From assembly GCA_023255625.1 (NCBI GenBank), contig JAHFLF010000002.1, positions 39,734 through 103,733 of the forward strand: 64,000 nucleotides of DNA, in the 5' to 3' direction. The first letter of the stretch is position 1, and every line of letters begins with the position of its first letter. Position numbers and translations under genes: made by a program. Shown here in pieces: positions 30,959 to 40,580 of the stretch. Source of the DNA: Candidatus Harrisonbacteria bacterium. Its GTDB lineage: Bacteria; Patescibacteriota; Minisyncoccia; UBA6257; 1-14-0-10-44-23. Under the pieces are notes generated by a model. It was not told where the DNA came from. It saw nothing but the letters and a program-made list of their open reading frames with translations, and searched no databases.

Positions 30959-32341
30959 TTATCGGGAACTCAAAGATTGCCGGATAAACGCGACTAATTC
31001 TCCGGCAGCGCGCTGCACGGTGTAATTCGCAAGTGCCTGCTGGCGAGGATGATAATTCGGCAAATTCTCTAGAAATTTCTGCAATGCACCGGAGAAATCT
31101 TCCGCATTTTTGAATACGGCACCGCATTCTTTGGTCGGGTCTTCGGTGGAAATCTCGGACTCTTCGGTCATTGCTGGCTCTGCGCCATACTGGCCCGGTT
31201 GCCAAGAGAAGGTTGGAACATCAGCCATCCAGGCCTGCTTCAGTTCCTGACCGGTTAAGTCATGGCTGGCAATAAAAATCAGGCAGCGGGCACGCTGCAG
31301 AAGCCGCCGATACTGTCTCTCTGAAAAAAGGGCATTTTTTGAAACAACAATCGGCATCTTTTGATCCCACAACTTCGCGGTAATTTCGTGAAACAGTTTT
31401 TCTGGCGCGTCTTTAGCATAAACGATGCAGTGTCCGGTCTCCGCCGCACTACTTTCCCGAGAGCCAAAATCGGTAACTCCATTTGACCAGATGATCGCCT
31501 TTTCAAAATATTGATCGACACTCATCAGCCACTTCTTAATCCAACTCATACTGACTAAAATCAAATCAATTTCCGGAGAACGAAGCAATGCGCCGGGTTG
31601 GGCTGGCGCGGAAAGAATCTCTGGCCCGGCCAAAATCAACCGGACAAATCCCCTATTTTTTTGTTCAATCGCCAAAGCCAGATTTTCTTCGCCCGAGATA
31701 ACTAAAACTGTATCCGTAATTAATTCTGCCGGTGGATTGACCCGCACCTCAATTCCCAATTTGGCTAGCTCTGTGCTTAACTCTGATACAGGAGAGCCCG
31801 TCCCCCTTCGAATCGAATTAAAAAAACTGGTTATACGGCTAATTCCAAAAACCGGCTGCTGCGTAAAAATACAAATCTTACCAAGATCAGAGGGCAGCAG
31901 CGATGCCGGCAGCCGAATTTTTGCCGGTTGAGGAGCTTCGGACTCATTATCTGAACCAAGTGTTCTGACTAAAACACAGGGCACGCCAAGCCGCAGAGCC
32001 AGCCGGCCGTCATCATGCAAAGAATCGCCGATGACTACTATCGGCTTGTTTTTAACCTGCAGTTCCTGCAAAACTCGTCCGACATAGGGCTTTGGAGTAT
32101 CAAGCGACAACCACTGAATCGGCATTTTTAAATTTTCGTTTTTTTTCTGTGCTTCGGTAGTGTCGCCGTTGCTGCAAATATAAATTTCATTGCCTTGCGT
32201 AGCCAGCCGGCAAATAACCTCGGAAGATTCCGGATCAATCTCGCTGCTTATTGGCGCGGTAATCGTGCCGGTCAAATCCAACAAAATTAACGAGTCATGA
32301 AGCCGGGAGAGATCCAGCTCTTTGAAGTATCGGCGGTTCAT
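30959..32341 (-). CDS. Hypothetical two-domain protein: HAD-like N-terminal domain plus unknown C-terminal domain
   Basis: LLDLTGTI (DxDGT-like motif I) and VVIGDSLHDD (motif IV-like) at the N-terminus; C-terminal about 300 aa unrecognised. Confidence 0.4.
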   Translation of the reverse strand: MNRRYFKELDLSRLHDSLILLDLTGTITAPISSEIDPESSEVICRLATQGNEIYICSNGDTTEAQKKNENLKMPIQWLSLDTPKPYVGRVLQELQVKNKPIVVIGDSLHDDGRLALRLGVPCVLVRTLGSDNESEAPQPAKIRLPASLLPSDLGKICIFTQQPVFGISRITSFFNSIRRGTGSPVSELSTELAKLGIEVRVNPPAELITDTVLVISGEENLALAIEQKNRGFVRLILAGPEILSAPAQPGALLRSPEIDLILVSMSWIKKWLMSVDQYFEKAIIWSNGVTDFGSRESSAAETGHCIVYAKDAPEKLFHEITAKLWDQKMPIVVSKNALFSERQYRRLLQRARCLIFIASHDLTGQELKQAWMADVPTFSWQPGQYGAEPAMTEESEISTEDPTKECGAVFKNAEDFSGALQKFLENLPNYHPRQQALANYTVQRAAGELVAFIRQSLSSR

Positions 32342-32344
32342 ATT

Positions 32345-34582
32345 TTACAATTCGCTCATTCCGAGTTCGCTAAAAATTTCCTGGAAAGCTGGATAATTTT
32401 CCGATTCCTTCAGATCCGGAACCTGCTTGCGTAACAGCGTAAAGTACTCTCTGGCTTTCTCCTGGTCGTCGCGGTAATAACTGATAATCCCAAGTTTCGC
32501 CAGAATCTCGTTATTTTCCGGCGCTAATTCGTGTGCAGCCAAAAATAATGAATATGCACGATCATATAAACCCTCCTCGCCAAAATATCCGCCAAGCTGC
32601 GCATATTCTTGCGCGCTTTCCGGATGATAGCCAAGCTCCAGCGCCTGATCAAACATTTTAAGCGCATGCGTTTTATCGCTCGAGTACGGATATTCCAGTA
32701 AACCGTAATGATAATATGGCGCGGAAGCGATTGGATCTAAGTCAATAGATTCTTGCAGATCAGCCAGTGCACCGCTGAAATCATTTGCAGTTAATTTTAG
32801 TTTAGCGGAGACATACCAGTTTTGCTGTCGTTTCGGAGATAGTTTAAAGGCAACTGCCAGATCGCTCGCAGCATTGGCCAAAAACTTTTTGCCGAAACGA
32901 CCGAGAGTAATTTGAGCATCAGCAAAAGAAATTCGGAGCGGATAGTTATCCGGCTGCTGCTCTATAGCCGCTCTGGCGTCGGCAAAAATCGGTGCGATGT
33001 AGCGCGCAGAATCCGGAACAAGCACAAGCTGCGACTGCCGGCTAATTAAACTAAACGCGTCCTGAACCAGCAATGTTTTAAACGGGTAGTAACTTTGCTG
33101 CGCATTTTGGTAAGCCACCATGCCCGGTTTGGCGTCCTCGCCGGTAAAATGATCGAGCATGACATAATGCTGCGTGTTCGCGTATACGGTTGAGGTATGG
33201 GCGTAAAAAAGCGCCGCAACTCCCAGCCCGCCGACCAAACCGGTAAAAATACGACGGAATTTATTTTTCGAATTGTCGGTCGCACCAGTCGGTGCCACAG
33301 ACGCTGTCCCTTGGCCAAAAACCAAGAGCGCCGCCAAACCAGCAAAAAGGTTTAAATATGTACCAAAAGTATCAAACAAGAAAAATCCCTGAATAAGATA
33401 GCCGATAAAAGCAGCGTAAGCCAACCTCCGATGGTTTGGCGAAATTTGGAGACGAGAAATCCCCCGCCAGATTATCCAAAGCAGATAAATATACGCGGCA
33501 AAACCGATAATACCGCCGGTCGCGAGCATTTCAAAGGGCGTACTATGTGGCTTATCAAAATATGTTTCGCTAAACCCGCCACGCAGCTGCCTCGGATCAT
33601 AGTTCGCATCGCTGATCTCACGAAAATTTTCAAAACCAACACCCAGAATCGGGTTTTGGACAAATCCTTTCAGTGCAATTCGCCAGCCGATCAGTCGGTT
33701 GTTGATACTGGCATCATTAGCTGAAAATGCCAGTAAACGGTTAATGCCGGGTACATTACGCCAAAGGTTTGAGTCATGCGTAGAATAAACCAAACCAATG
33801 AGCACAATGACTATGCCGGCAGCTACCGCAATCAGCTTGCCTCCAGATACTCCGGAAACTGCCTTGTAGCGGTCATAAAGAAATCCGCCGATTAGTAAAG
33901 CCAGGCCGGCTAAAAAGCCAAGCATCGCACCTCGGGTATTAGCATTTAGAAAACTGAAAAGTACGATCAAAGTAGCGATAGAAACATAAATCCGGTTGGC
34001 TGGATTTTTTGAACTGGTGCGCAGAAGCGCCCAGCCCAAGAAAAGATAAGTGAGAAGATAGCCGGCCAGATAAGCGGGGTTACCGAGTGTGCCGCCCGGC
34101 CGTTCACCGCCGCCGACATAAAATACGGAGGGGGCAATATATTGTAGAAAAGCAAAAAGCGAAACCGCTACTGATACCCAAAAAAGATATGTCAGGTATT
34201 TTTTCCAGTCCTGCTTCTCCAAAAAAATTGAAAGCAGCAGAAAATACATATAAAAATGCCAGAGTCCGATGATTCCAATCGCGCGTTCCGGAGTTGAGAA
34301 AAGCGCCTGAAGCGGGTTGTGGCTGATTAGTCCGCCTACAGTAAAAACCGCCAGAAAAATCAAAATTGCAGAGTGGATCCGGTTCAGATGAGGCCGATAT
34401 TGACTACCCTTGAATGCCAGGTAAAACCAAGCGAGCGCGGCTAACTCAATGACCAGATAAAAGCCGTAAGTCTTGAGAGTGATAAACGGATAAAGAGTCT
34501 GTTTGTAAAAAACCAGCAAAAAAAGCGGAGCAACATAAAGTCCGATTGTAATCGCCCGCTTGCAAAAATGTTCTAAGGTCAT
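32345..34582 (-). CDS. O-antigen ligase-like (Wzy_C) polytopic membrane protein with C-terminal TPR repeats
   Basis: About 12 N-terminal TM helices with a large periplasmic loop; C-terminal about 250 aa contain TPR-like repeats (YDRAYSLFLAAHELAPENNEILAKLGIISYY...). Confidence 0.55.
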   Translation of the reverse strand: MTLEHFCKRAITIGLYVAPLFLLVFYKQTLYPFITLKTYGFYLVIELAALAWFYLAFKGSQYRPHLNRIHSAILIFLAVFTVGGLISHNPLQALFSTPERAIGIIGLWHFYMYFLLLSIFLEKQDWKKYLTYLFWVSVAVSLFAFLQYIAPSVFYVGGGERPGGTLGNPAYLAGYLLTYLFLGWALLRTSSKNPANRIYVSIATLIVLFSFLNANTRGAMLGFLAGLALLIGGFLYDRYKAVSGVSGGKLIAVAAGIVIVLIGLVYSTHDSNLWRNVPGINRLLAFSANDASINNRLIGWRIALKGFVQNPILGVGFENFREISDANYDPRQLRGGFSETYFDKPHSTPFEMLATGGIIGFAAYIYLLWIIWRGISRLQISPNHRRLAYAAFIGYLIQGFFLFDTFGTYLNLFAGLAALLVFGQGTASVAPTGATDNSKNKFRRIFTGLVGGLGVAALFYAHTSTVYANTQHYVMLDHFTGEDAKPGMVAYQNAQQSYYPFKTLLVQDAFSLISRQSQLVLVPDSARYIAPIFADARAAIEQQPDNYPLRISFADAQITLGRFGKKFLANAASDLAVAFKLSPKRQQNWYVSAKLKLTANDFSGALADLQESIDLDPIASAPYYHYGLLEYPYSSDKTHALKMFDQALELGYHPESAQEYAQLGGYFGEEGLYDRAYSLFLAAHELAPENNEILAKLGIISYYRDDQEKAREYFTLLRKQVPDLKESENYPAFQEIFSELGMSEL

Positions 34583-34610
34583 AGAAAGAATTTTACCATA
34601 AAGTTAGCTT

Positions 34611-35315
34611 TTAGTGGAAATTCTGATCGTTCTGCTCTTTGCTGAAATTGCTTAATAGCTGGCACTGTCCATCTGCCGGCAGCGGGCCCCAAATCTTTTC
34701 AATCTCTTGTTTAGCTGTCGCCGCCCTGCCTTCATCCCGCCCAAGTCGATACAGACAATACAAACTATTCCAAATAGCATAATCGCCTTTCGGCCGTTTC
34801 TGGAGTCCCTCGTTATAGTATGCTACGGCTTTTTCGTAATCAAGATAATTCTTGTCGGTGCCAAATAATAATCCGTACGCTGCGCCGAGATTCAGCGGTA
34901 TCGTGATGTCATTTTTATTGATTGGATTGTGCGGCTCTAAAAGCGCAATAGCGCTGCGCCAACTTGCTAATTGCTGGCCGCTGACAATTTGATCTTTTGC
35001 GGTTTTGTAAACTCTAAATAGCAATGTCTGATTATCAATCGGTGGATATGCGTCCAGAAGCGCCGCCGCTCCTTTTGCAAACTGCTCCGGTTCCATCCCC
35101 CGCTCGTCATACAAAAAATGGCTAATCTGAATATCTTTACGAATAAAAGTAAAACTTGTGTATAAGCAAAGAAGAGTTAAAAAAAATCCCAGGATGAATA
35201 AAACCCTGGCGGAAATAGATAAAGGTTTTTCTGGAAATCTCTGGCGCTCGCTCATGCACTTAAAAATAGCATATAGATTGTCCAGAAACCACAAAGGGCC
35301 CCGTGAGGAGCCCAA
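34611..35315 (-). CDS. Hypothetical membrane-anchored TPR-like protein
   Basis: N-terminal TM segment plus helical repeat-like C-terminus. Confidence 0.35.
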   Translation of the reverse strand: MGSSRGPLWFLDNLYAIFKCMSERQRFPEKPLSISARVLFILGFFLTLLCLYTSFTFIRKDIQISHFLYDERGMEPEQFAKGAAALLDAYPPIDNQTLLFRVYKTAKDQIVSGQQLASWRSAIALLEPHNPINKNDITIPLNLGAAYGLLFGTDKNYLDYEKAVAYYNEGLQKRPKGDYAIWNSLYCLYRLGRDEGRAATAKQEIEKIWGPLPADGQCQLLSNFSKEQNDQNFH

Positions 35316-35354
35316 TTGTGGTGATTCTGATAACCGAATCCCTTACAGCTATTA

Positions 35355-38300
35355 CTAGATGTAGGTAACGTCGGCGATCGTGAACGGAGCAACGCCAGTT
35401 TCAAGCTGGATGTTGGCCGTTGTACCGTCGTTCCAGAGAACATCGCCAGCCGCGTTGATCAACAGACCGAGACTCTCGGTGTTGGTGTCCGGGTTAGCAA
35501 AGCTCGTGGAGACTACGCGAATCTGCGCTACATCCGGGCTGTTGGCATAGATTTCTATGCTCGGCTCGAAGGTTACGCTGCAAGTGTCGCCAACCGTCGG
35601 AGTGCAAGTCTTGTTAGTCGCACTACCGAAGGCGGTTCCATCTGTGCGAACCATTGACACTGTAAAGGCGGTCGTGCTTGAAGCAACGGCGCTGCCGATG
35701 AACTTCAAGGAGACCGACTGCAGGGTCAATGTGTAGCTGCCAGTGTTGTTGAAGGTAATATTCGCAAGTTTGTCGGTCGCCTGACGGCTGCGGCTGGATG
35801 TAGTACCAAGCACTTCAGCTGCCATACCGAACTTCGTGCGGTAAACCTTCTGCGTGTTACTGGCAATCGTCGTACTGCCACCAGCGGCGCTACCAGAAAC
35901 GGTAACGGTCGCGGATGCAGAACCGACTGCTTTAGCCGTGATATCGGTCGCGGCTTGGATCTTGAAGACATGGCTGCTGTTACTGACAGCACCACCCGAA
36001 CTTACATCCGGAACATCTGCCTTCAAGGTTAGAGCCAGAGTCTTGTTCTTCTCAACCACCACGCCCGAACCAAGCAACGCTAGGTCAATGGTCGAAGTTG
36101 TGATTGAAACCGAGGTTGCCTGAACAGTGCCGGAAACAGCGGCACCGGTCGAATCAACCAATTGGAAGTTCTGGAACGAAGTCTTACCCGTAGCACCGCT
36201 AGCGATTGTGTCGCTGACGATCACGCGAGTAATGCGGACTGCATCAACACCGTTGTTCGCGAAGTTCATCGTGTACAATGGGTTGTTCCTTGTGTCCATA
36301 GACAAGTTCTGGGCCTTTGGCGAGGTGTTGTGCTTCGATACCGTCAAGGTCGGACCAGTGGAGATCGTTACGGTCTGACCAGCTTGCTCGCTGGTAAACG
36401 CAATCGAGCTACCAGAGATTCCGCCGTTGGCGGTCCAGTTCTTGAAGTCGATGACAGAGGCGTAATCTGCCGCGGTTGAACTGTTGAGAATGTCAGCAGT
36501 TACATCGAAGCGAGTTGAACCACCTGCCGGGACAACTACGTCACCAGAGAAGGTCATGCCAGTTTCAGTGGCAGCAACCGACTGCTGGGTGTAACCGTAC
36601 TGCGCGCTACCAACCCAAACCCTCAAATTCTGAAGGTCTAAGCCAGAGTTTGCATCGCGGTCAAGAGTAATCGTGCGGATCGTGGCTGACTGGGCCGAAG
36701 AGGCGGTCAGAACGAAGGCGGCGATTCTGGCGTCAGAGGCACCGTTAATGTATGTCGGTCCGTTTAGTGACGGATCAACAGCAACGGTCAAAGGAGTGCT
36801 GTTAACAGTACGAGTCGCACCGGTAGCTGCACCAGAGTCAGCGGCCTGGAAGGAAACTTGTCCCTCCAAAGCACTGCTGCCGGCGACGAGAGCCGCGGCG
36901 ATCGTGTTGATATCAGCGTTGCTACCAATGTCCGCAATCACCGAGAAGACCTGGGTGGTGTTCGGGGCGATTACGAAGTTGATGTTGCTGCTGCTCGTAC
37001 CAAAGTGACAAGTCAGGACTGTGGTCGAGGAGACCGTACAGTCATTGTTGCCACCGGCACCAACGATCGTAGTGATTGAACTACCAAGCTGTCGTCCATC
37101 ATCCGCAACAATGCGAACATTGGAGAGATCGTCCTGGTAAGTAGCTGCGGCAACCCATCCCTCGGTCGGAACCGGGCTGATGCGCTGCGTCAAGCTGACA
37201 TCCAGGAACTTAACCTTCACAGCTTCACCGGCAGCATAAATGGTGAACTTAGCGAGGGTTACGCCCGAGGCGCCAACCGGAACATCATAAGTCGGGGAAT
37301 CCGAAGCGGTCGAAACCGTTATGGAACCCTTGTTGATGGTGATCGAGGTCGAGCTACCGCTCAAACTGGCAGTGATGTTCTGGTGGTACTGCGAGTCCAT
37401 AGCAACAGCATCAAACGGACGAAGGATCGAGAATTGAATGCTTCGGTTTGGGCTGCCCGTCACATCAGCGTAAATCGAAATGTTCGAGTTACCGGTCTGA
37501 AGACGAACCGGGTTAGCGGCCATGCTGAAGACAATCGTGTTTGCGCCCATCGGAACTGAAGCCACCTGCGTTCCGTTTACACGGAGAGCAATGTTCTTCA
37601 GGTCGCCGACATTTGCCGAGCCAACCAGGGTAACCTGGATGCTCTTCAAATCAACCGGGCTGTTGGTAACTGCAGCGGTCCACGAGCCAACATTGACACC
37701 ATTGGTGCCGGCGTTAACTGTGCTACCAACTGCCTGCGCCGTAAGAGTCAGACCGGCGATGGACGGGTTGCTAACGGTTGTAACGGTGAGGACGTTACCA
37801 CGGACCGGAAGACCGGCCACCGGAGCATTACCCGAGGTCATAACACCTGTCAGATCAAAGGCGATTGTGTTACCAGAAGCGGCCGAGGTCGAAACATCAG
37901 CACGCAATTCACCGCGCCACGACTGGCCGGCCGGAACATTCAAGTTCAAGCCAGAGAAGGTAGCGATGCCGCCGTTAAGCGACTGGAATTGAGCGATAAC
38001 TGCACCGGTCGCAACATCAGCGAGATAAAGGTTGCTGATGAGCGAGTCAGAGAGAACACCAGTCTTGGTGAAGGAAAGGCCTGTAACGGTAACACCCATA
38101 GTGGACGGAGCCGTAAAGGTGTAACCAGCTACGCGAACCTGGCCTGCGCCAGAGATGATGCTGCCAGTAACATTGCCGGTGTTATCCGCAGCGATCCAAA
38201 GTGAACCGCTCGAGTTAACAATCGGAGCCGGAGTACCTGGAGTTGCCGGAGTTCCTGGCATGGACGGAGCCATGGCCATAAACCTTGCGCGGGACAACGG

Positions 38301-38738
38301 ACCGAAGTATCCGGTGTTTGAAACACCGCTAGCCATCTGCCATTTCATGACAGCGGCTTTGGTGAGAGCACCAAAGTAGCCGGTGTTGTAACCAGCGCCA
38401 AGGTGACCACCTGAAATCAAAGCGTTTTGGAGGCAGGTAACATCTGTACCTCGAGATCCGACCATCAGGTCGCGAGTAAAGGTGCAAGATGAGCTCACTG
38501 CCATGCTACCGCCCTGCAAAGCAGCCAAGGCAGCTGTCAGCTGGGCAATCTGTGCCTGGAGCTGTTCAACTGTCATGGTCTGTGCACCGGCGACGCTTGC
38601 AAACGAGCCAAGGCCCGAAAGCGAAACAATCGTCGTTGCAGTCAGAACTGCGGCAGCAACTTTTTTGGAAAACGTACTCATGATATATAAGTTGCTAAAT
38701 AACTTTATTACTAATGGATTTATAATTCTTTTCGGCAA
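35355..38738 (-). CDS. Giant secreted/cell-surface protein (1127 aa): signal peptide, coiled coil, peptidoglycan-binding (PG_binding_1-like) module, long Thr/Ser/Ala/Val/Gly-rich beta-repeat region
   Basis: N-terminal ...AAAVLTATTIVSLSGLGSFASVAGAQT signal; QLQAQIAQLTAALAALQ coil; DVTCLQNALISGGHLGAGYNTGYFGALTKAAVMKWQMASGVSNTGYFGPLSRARF resembles PG_binding_1; then about 900 aa of T/S/A/V/G-rich sequence. Confidence 0.6.
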   Translation of the reverse strand: MPKRIINPLVIKLFSNLYIMSTFSKKVAAAVLTATTIVSLSGLGSFASVAGAQTMTVEQLQAQIAQLTAALAALQGGSMAVSSSCTFTRDLMVGSRGTDVTCLQNALISGGHLGAGYNTGYFGALTKAAVMKWQMASGVSNTGYFGPLSRARFMAMAPSMPGTPATPGTPAPIVNSSGSLWIAADNTGNVTGSIISGAGQVRVAGYTFTAPSTMGVTVTGLSFTKTGVLSDSLISNLYLADVATGAVIAQFQSLNGGIATFSGLNLNVPAGQSWRGELRADVSTSAASGNTIAFDLTGVMTSGNAPVAGLPVRGNVLTVTTVSNPSIAGLTLTAQAVGSTVNAGTNGVNVGSWTAAVTNSPVDLKSIQVTLVGSANVGDLKNIALRVNGTQVASVPMGANTIVFSMAANPVRLQTGNSNISIYADVTGSPNRSIQFSILRPFDAVAMDSQYHQNITASLSGSSTSITINKGSITVSTASDSPTYDVPVGASGVTLAKFTIYAAGEAVKVKFLDVSLTQRISPVPTEGWVAAATYQDDLSNVRIVADDGRQLGSSITTIVGAGGNNDCTVSSTTVLTCHFGTSSSNINFVIAPNTTQVFSVIADIGSNADINTIAAALVAGSSALEGQVSFQAADSGAATGATRTVNSTPLTVAVDPSLNGPTYINGASDARIAAFVLTASSAQSATIRTITLDRDANSGLDLQNLRVWVGSAQYGYTQQSVAATETGMTFSGDVVVPAGGSTRFDVTADILNSSTAADYASVIDFKNWTANGGISGSSIAFTSEQAGQTVTISTGPTLTVSKHNTSPKAQNLSMDTRNNPLYTMNFANNGVDAVRITRVIVSDTIASGATGKTSFQNFQLVDSTGAAVSGTVQATSVSITTSTIDLALLGSGVVVEKNKTLALTLKADVPDVSSGGAVSNSSHVFKIQAATDITAKAVGSASATVTVSGSAAGGSTTIASNTQKVYRTKFGMAAEVLGTTSSRSRQATDKLANITFNNTGSYTLTLQSVSLKFIGSAVASSTTAFTVSMVRTDGTAFGSATNKTCTPTVGDTCSVTFEPSIEIYANSPDVAQIRVVSTSFANPDTNTESLGLLINAAGDVLWNDGTTANIQLETGVAPFTIADVTYI

Positions 38739-38766
38739 ACCGCCAGCGCTGTCTCTCCCGCAGGAA

Positions 38767-38846
38767 ACACAGAACTTAGAACACAGAACTTAGAACATGG
38801 AGCTTCCGCCCCTGTCCTTAGTTCTTAGTCCTTTGTCCTTAGTTCC
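38767..38846. repeat. Short tandem repeats upstream of the giant surface-protein gene
   Basis: cacagaacttagaa repeated twice in tandem, then tccttagtt three times (gtccttagttcttagtcctttgtccttagttcc). Confidence 0.4.
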
Positions 38847-39255
38847 CCAAAGGATCGACCTACACAGCTGCTAGTAGTTCTGGATCAAATTCAGATCCGA
38901 AACCGTGTGAGGTAGAGCCCGTTTTGGCTCTAGTGGTCCCGAAACCTTGCTAATAATACATAAGCCCCGCGTGAGCGGGGCAAATGAATTAAGAAGCAAG
39001 CGTGCGGGCGTAAGTAGCGCAAGTCAAAAAGTAAATAGACTTTCAACTTGCGCCAGCTTTCTACCAGCGCGCCTACCTCCAACGCATCCTGCCTCACGCA
39101 AGAAACGAAAGAAGAAACGAAAAAGATTTTATCTGATGACTATATCAAAGTTCCTCTGCACTGTCCATTTCAGATTCTCATCATCGCAAATTTCCGAATA
39201 CTCCAACAAAAATACTGACAGCTACTAACCACTACAGAATAGAACGAGCCGACTA

Positions 39256-39954
39256 CTAACTGGTTACAAGCTGTGGATAACCTTCCTCCTTAATTTTGAT
39301 CACATAGTAGTTACTTGGCCCACCATCCCCTTGCCGCATTATTTTTCCGGAATCTGTAAGAATTTTTAAATCATTCCGAATAGTTCTTTCACTTAATTCC
39401 GGAAATACGGCAATAAAGTCTCTTAATTGCAATTTTCCGGAAATTGCCGAACCTAATAATTCCATTATTTTGTCTTGCCGCATTTTTGCCGTATATTCTG
39501 CCGTATTATCTAATTCTGAAGTTACCGGCTCATTGCCTATTTCTGAATCATCGATGATTACCTCCTGAAAATCATTTTTTGACCTTACCTCTGGCGCTGA
39601 TCTTGCTACTTGTTTTTTTATTGGAACTTTAACAGTAAATAAAGAGGCAGCATCAATCTTCTCGGCCAGTCCACTAATTTGCCGGATATCGGTCTCTAAA
39701 GATTCAAGTTCGCGTTCTAAAATTTTGGCATTTACCGGTTCGATCTCGTAAAGATTCTTGCCCAAAATAATAAATTGCCGGATAGCATTAAAAACCGGCA
39801 AAATCGTTTCCGGATTACTGAATGCCATATTCTGAAGCAGATCGTAGCTTAATTTCTCAATTCTTTGCCGCAATTCGGTTCGGCGGATGTATGCGGCAAT
39901 CTTTATTACGGCAAAAGCAATTTCCTGACCCTTCTGAATGATCATTTTTTGCAT
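39256..39954 (-). CDS. Hypothetical regulator: four-helix-bundle-like N-terminal domain plus C-terminal HTH
   Basis: C-terminal LRDFIAVFPELSERTIRNDLKILTDSGKIMRQG resembles a DeoR/winged-HTH segment. Confidence 0.35.
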   Translation of the reverse strand: MQKMIIQKGQEIAFAVIKIAAYIRRTELRQRIEKLSYDLLQNMAFSNPETILPVFNAIRQFIILGKNLYEIEPVNAKILERELESLETDIRQISGLAEKIDAASLFTVKVPIKKQVARSAPEVRSKNDFQEVIIDDSEIGNEPVTSELDNTAEYTAKMRQDKIMELLGSAISGKLQLRDFIAVFPELSERTIRNDLKILTDSGKIMRQGDGGPSNYYVIKIKEEGYPQLVTS

Positions 39955-40080
39955 GCATATATACTAGCAGTTATGCCGTATTATGTCAATACATTCAATA
40001 AATAAAGCTTTGACATAAAAATCTAATAAGGTTATCGTTATTGTGCTAATGATACCCATCAGACAGAAAGGGGGTGGACG

Positions 40081-40527
40081 ATGGCCACCAAAAAGAAGCC
40101 GGGCGTGCGTGGACCGTACCGCCACTCCTCTGACTTTTTAGGGGGACAGATGCGTAAGGCAAAGGCGCGGAAAAAGGCCCAGCACGAAAAGGCCTGGCTT
40201 CCGCGAAACAGGCCGCGCATCAAGATCCTGGCCAGAATGAGGCAACGGGGAGCAAGTGGAGCAGAGATCGGACTGGCGCTTGGCGGATTGTGCAAGCAAC
40301 GGATCGGGGAGATCCTGAAAAGAGCCGAACGGCTCCTGGGGAAGGAGATGTTCGAGCCCAAGGAACCGATGGTCACGCTGCGAGAAGCGGCGGCAAGGTT
40401 CGGCGTCCGAGCCAGTTGGATCCGCTATCTCTGCAAAAAAGATAAGATCCCTCATGAGCGGTGCGGCAGACGCTACCGCTTAACCAAGGAGAGCATGGAT
40501 TTCTTACAGGAATGCCTGGAGGAATAA
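40081..40527 (+). CDS. GC-rich small basic protein with C-terminal excisionase/AlpA-family HTH (HTH_17-like)
   Basis: Arg/Lys-rich N-terminus; C-terminal MVTLREAAARFGVRASWIRYLCKKDKIPHERCGRRYRLTKESMDFL fits the excisionase-family pattern. Embedded in an about 540-bp >60% GC patch. Confidence 0.45.
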   Translation: MATKKKPGVRGPYRHSSDFLGGQMRKAKARKKAQHEKAWLPRNRPRIKILARMRQRGASGAEIGLALGGLCKQRIGEILKRAERLLGKEMFEPKEPMVTLREAAARFGVRASWIRYLCKKDKIPHERCGRRYRLTKESMDFLQECLEE

Positions 40528-40580
40528 GCATCGGCCCGGGCCAGAAGCGTCCCCGACGCTCCTCGCCCGGGCCGCTTTCA

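Noticed and set aside
38860-39255. RNase P RNA in the 500-bp non-coding region (AGCAAGCG…GTAAGTAGCGCA resembles P-RNA segments)
   Set aside because: The universal P4 sequences (GGAAAGTCCGGGCTCC / ACAnAAnnCGGCTTA) are absent on both strands. Only hairpins of unknown significance remain.
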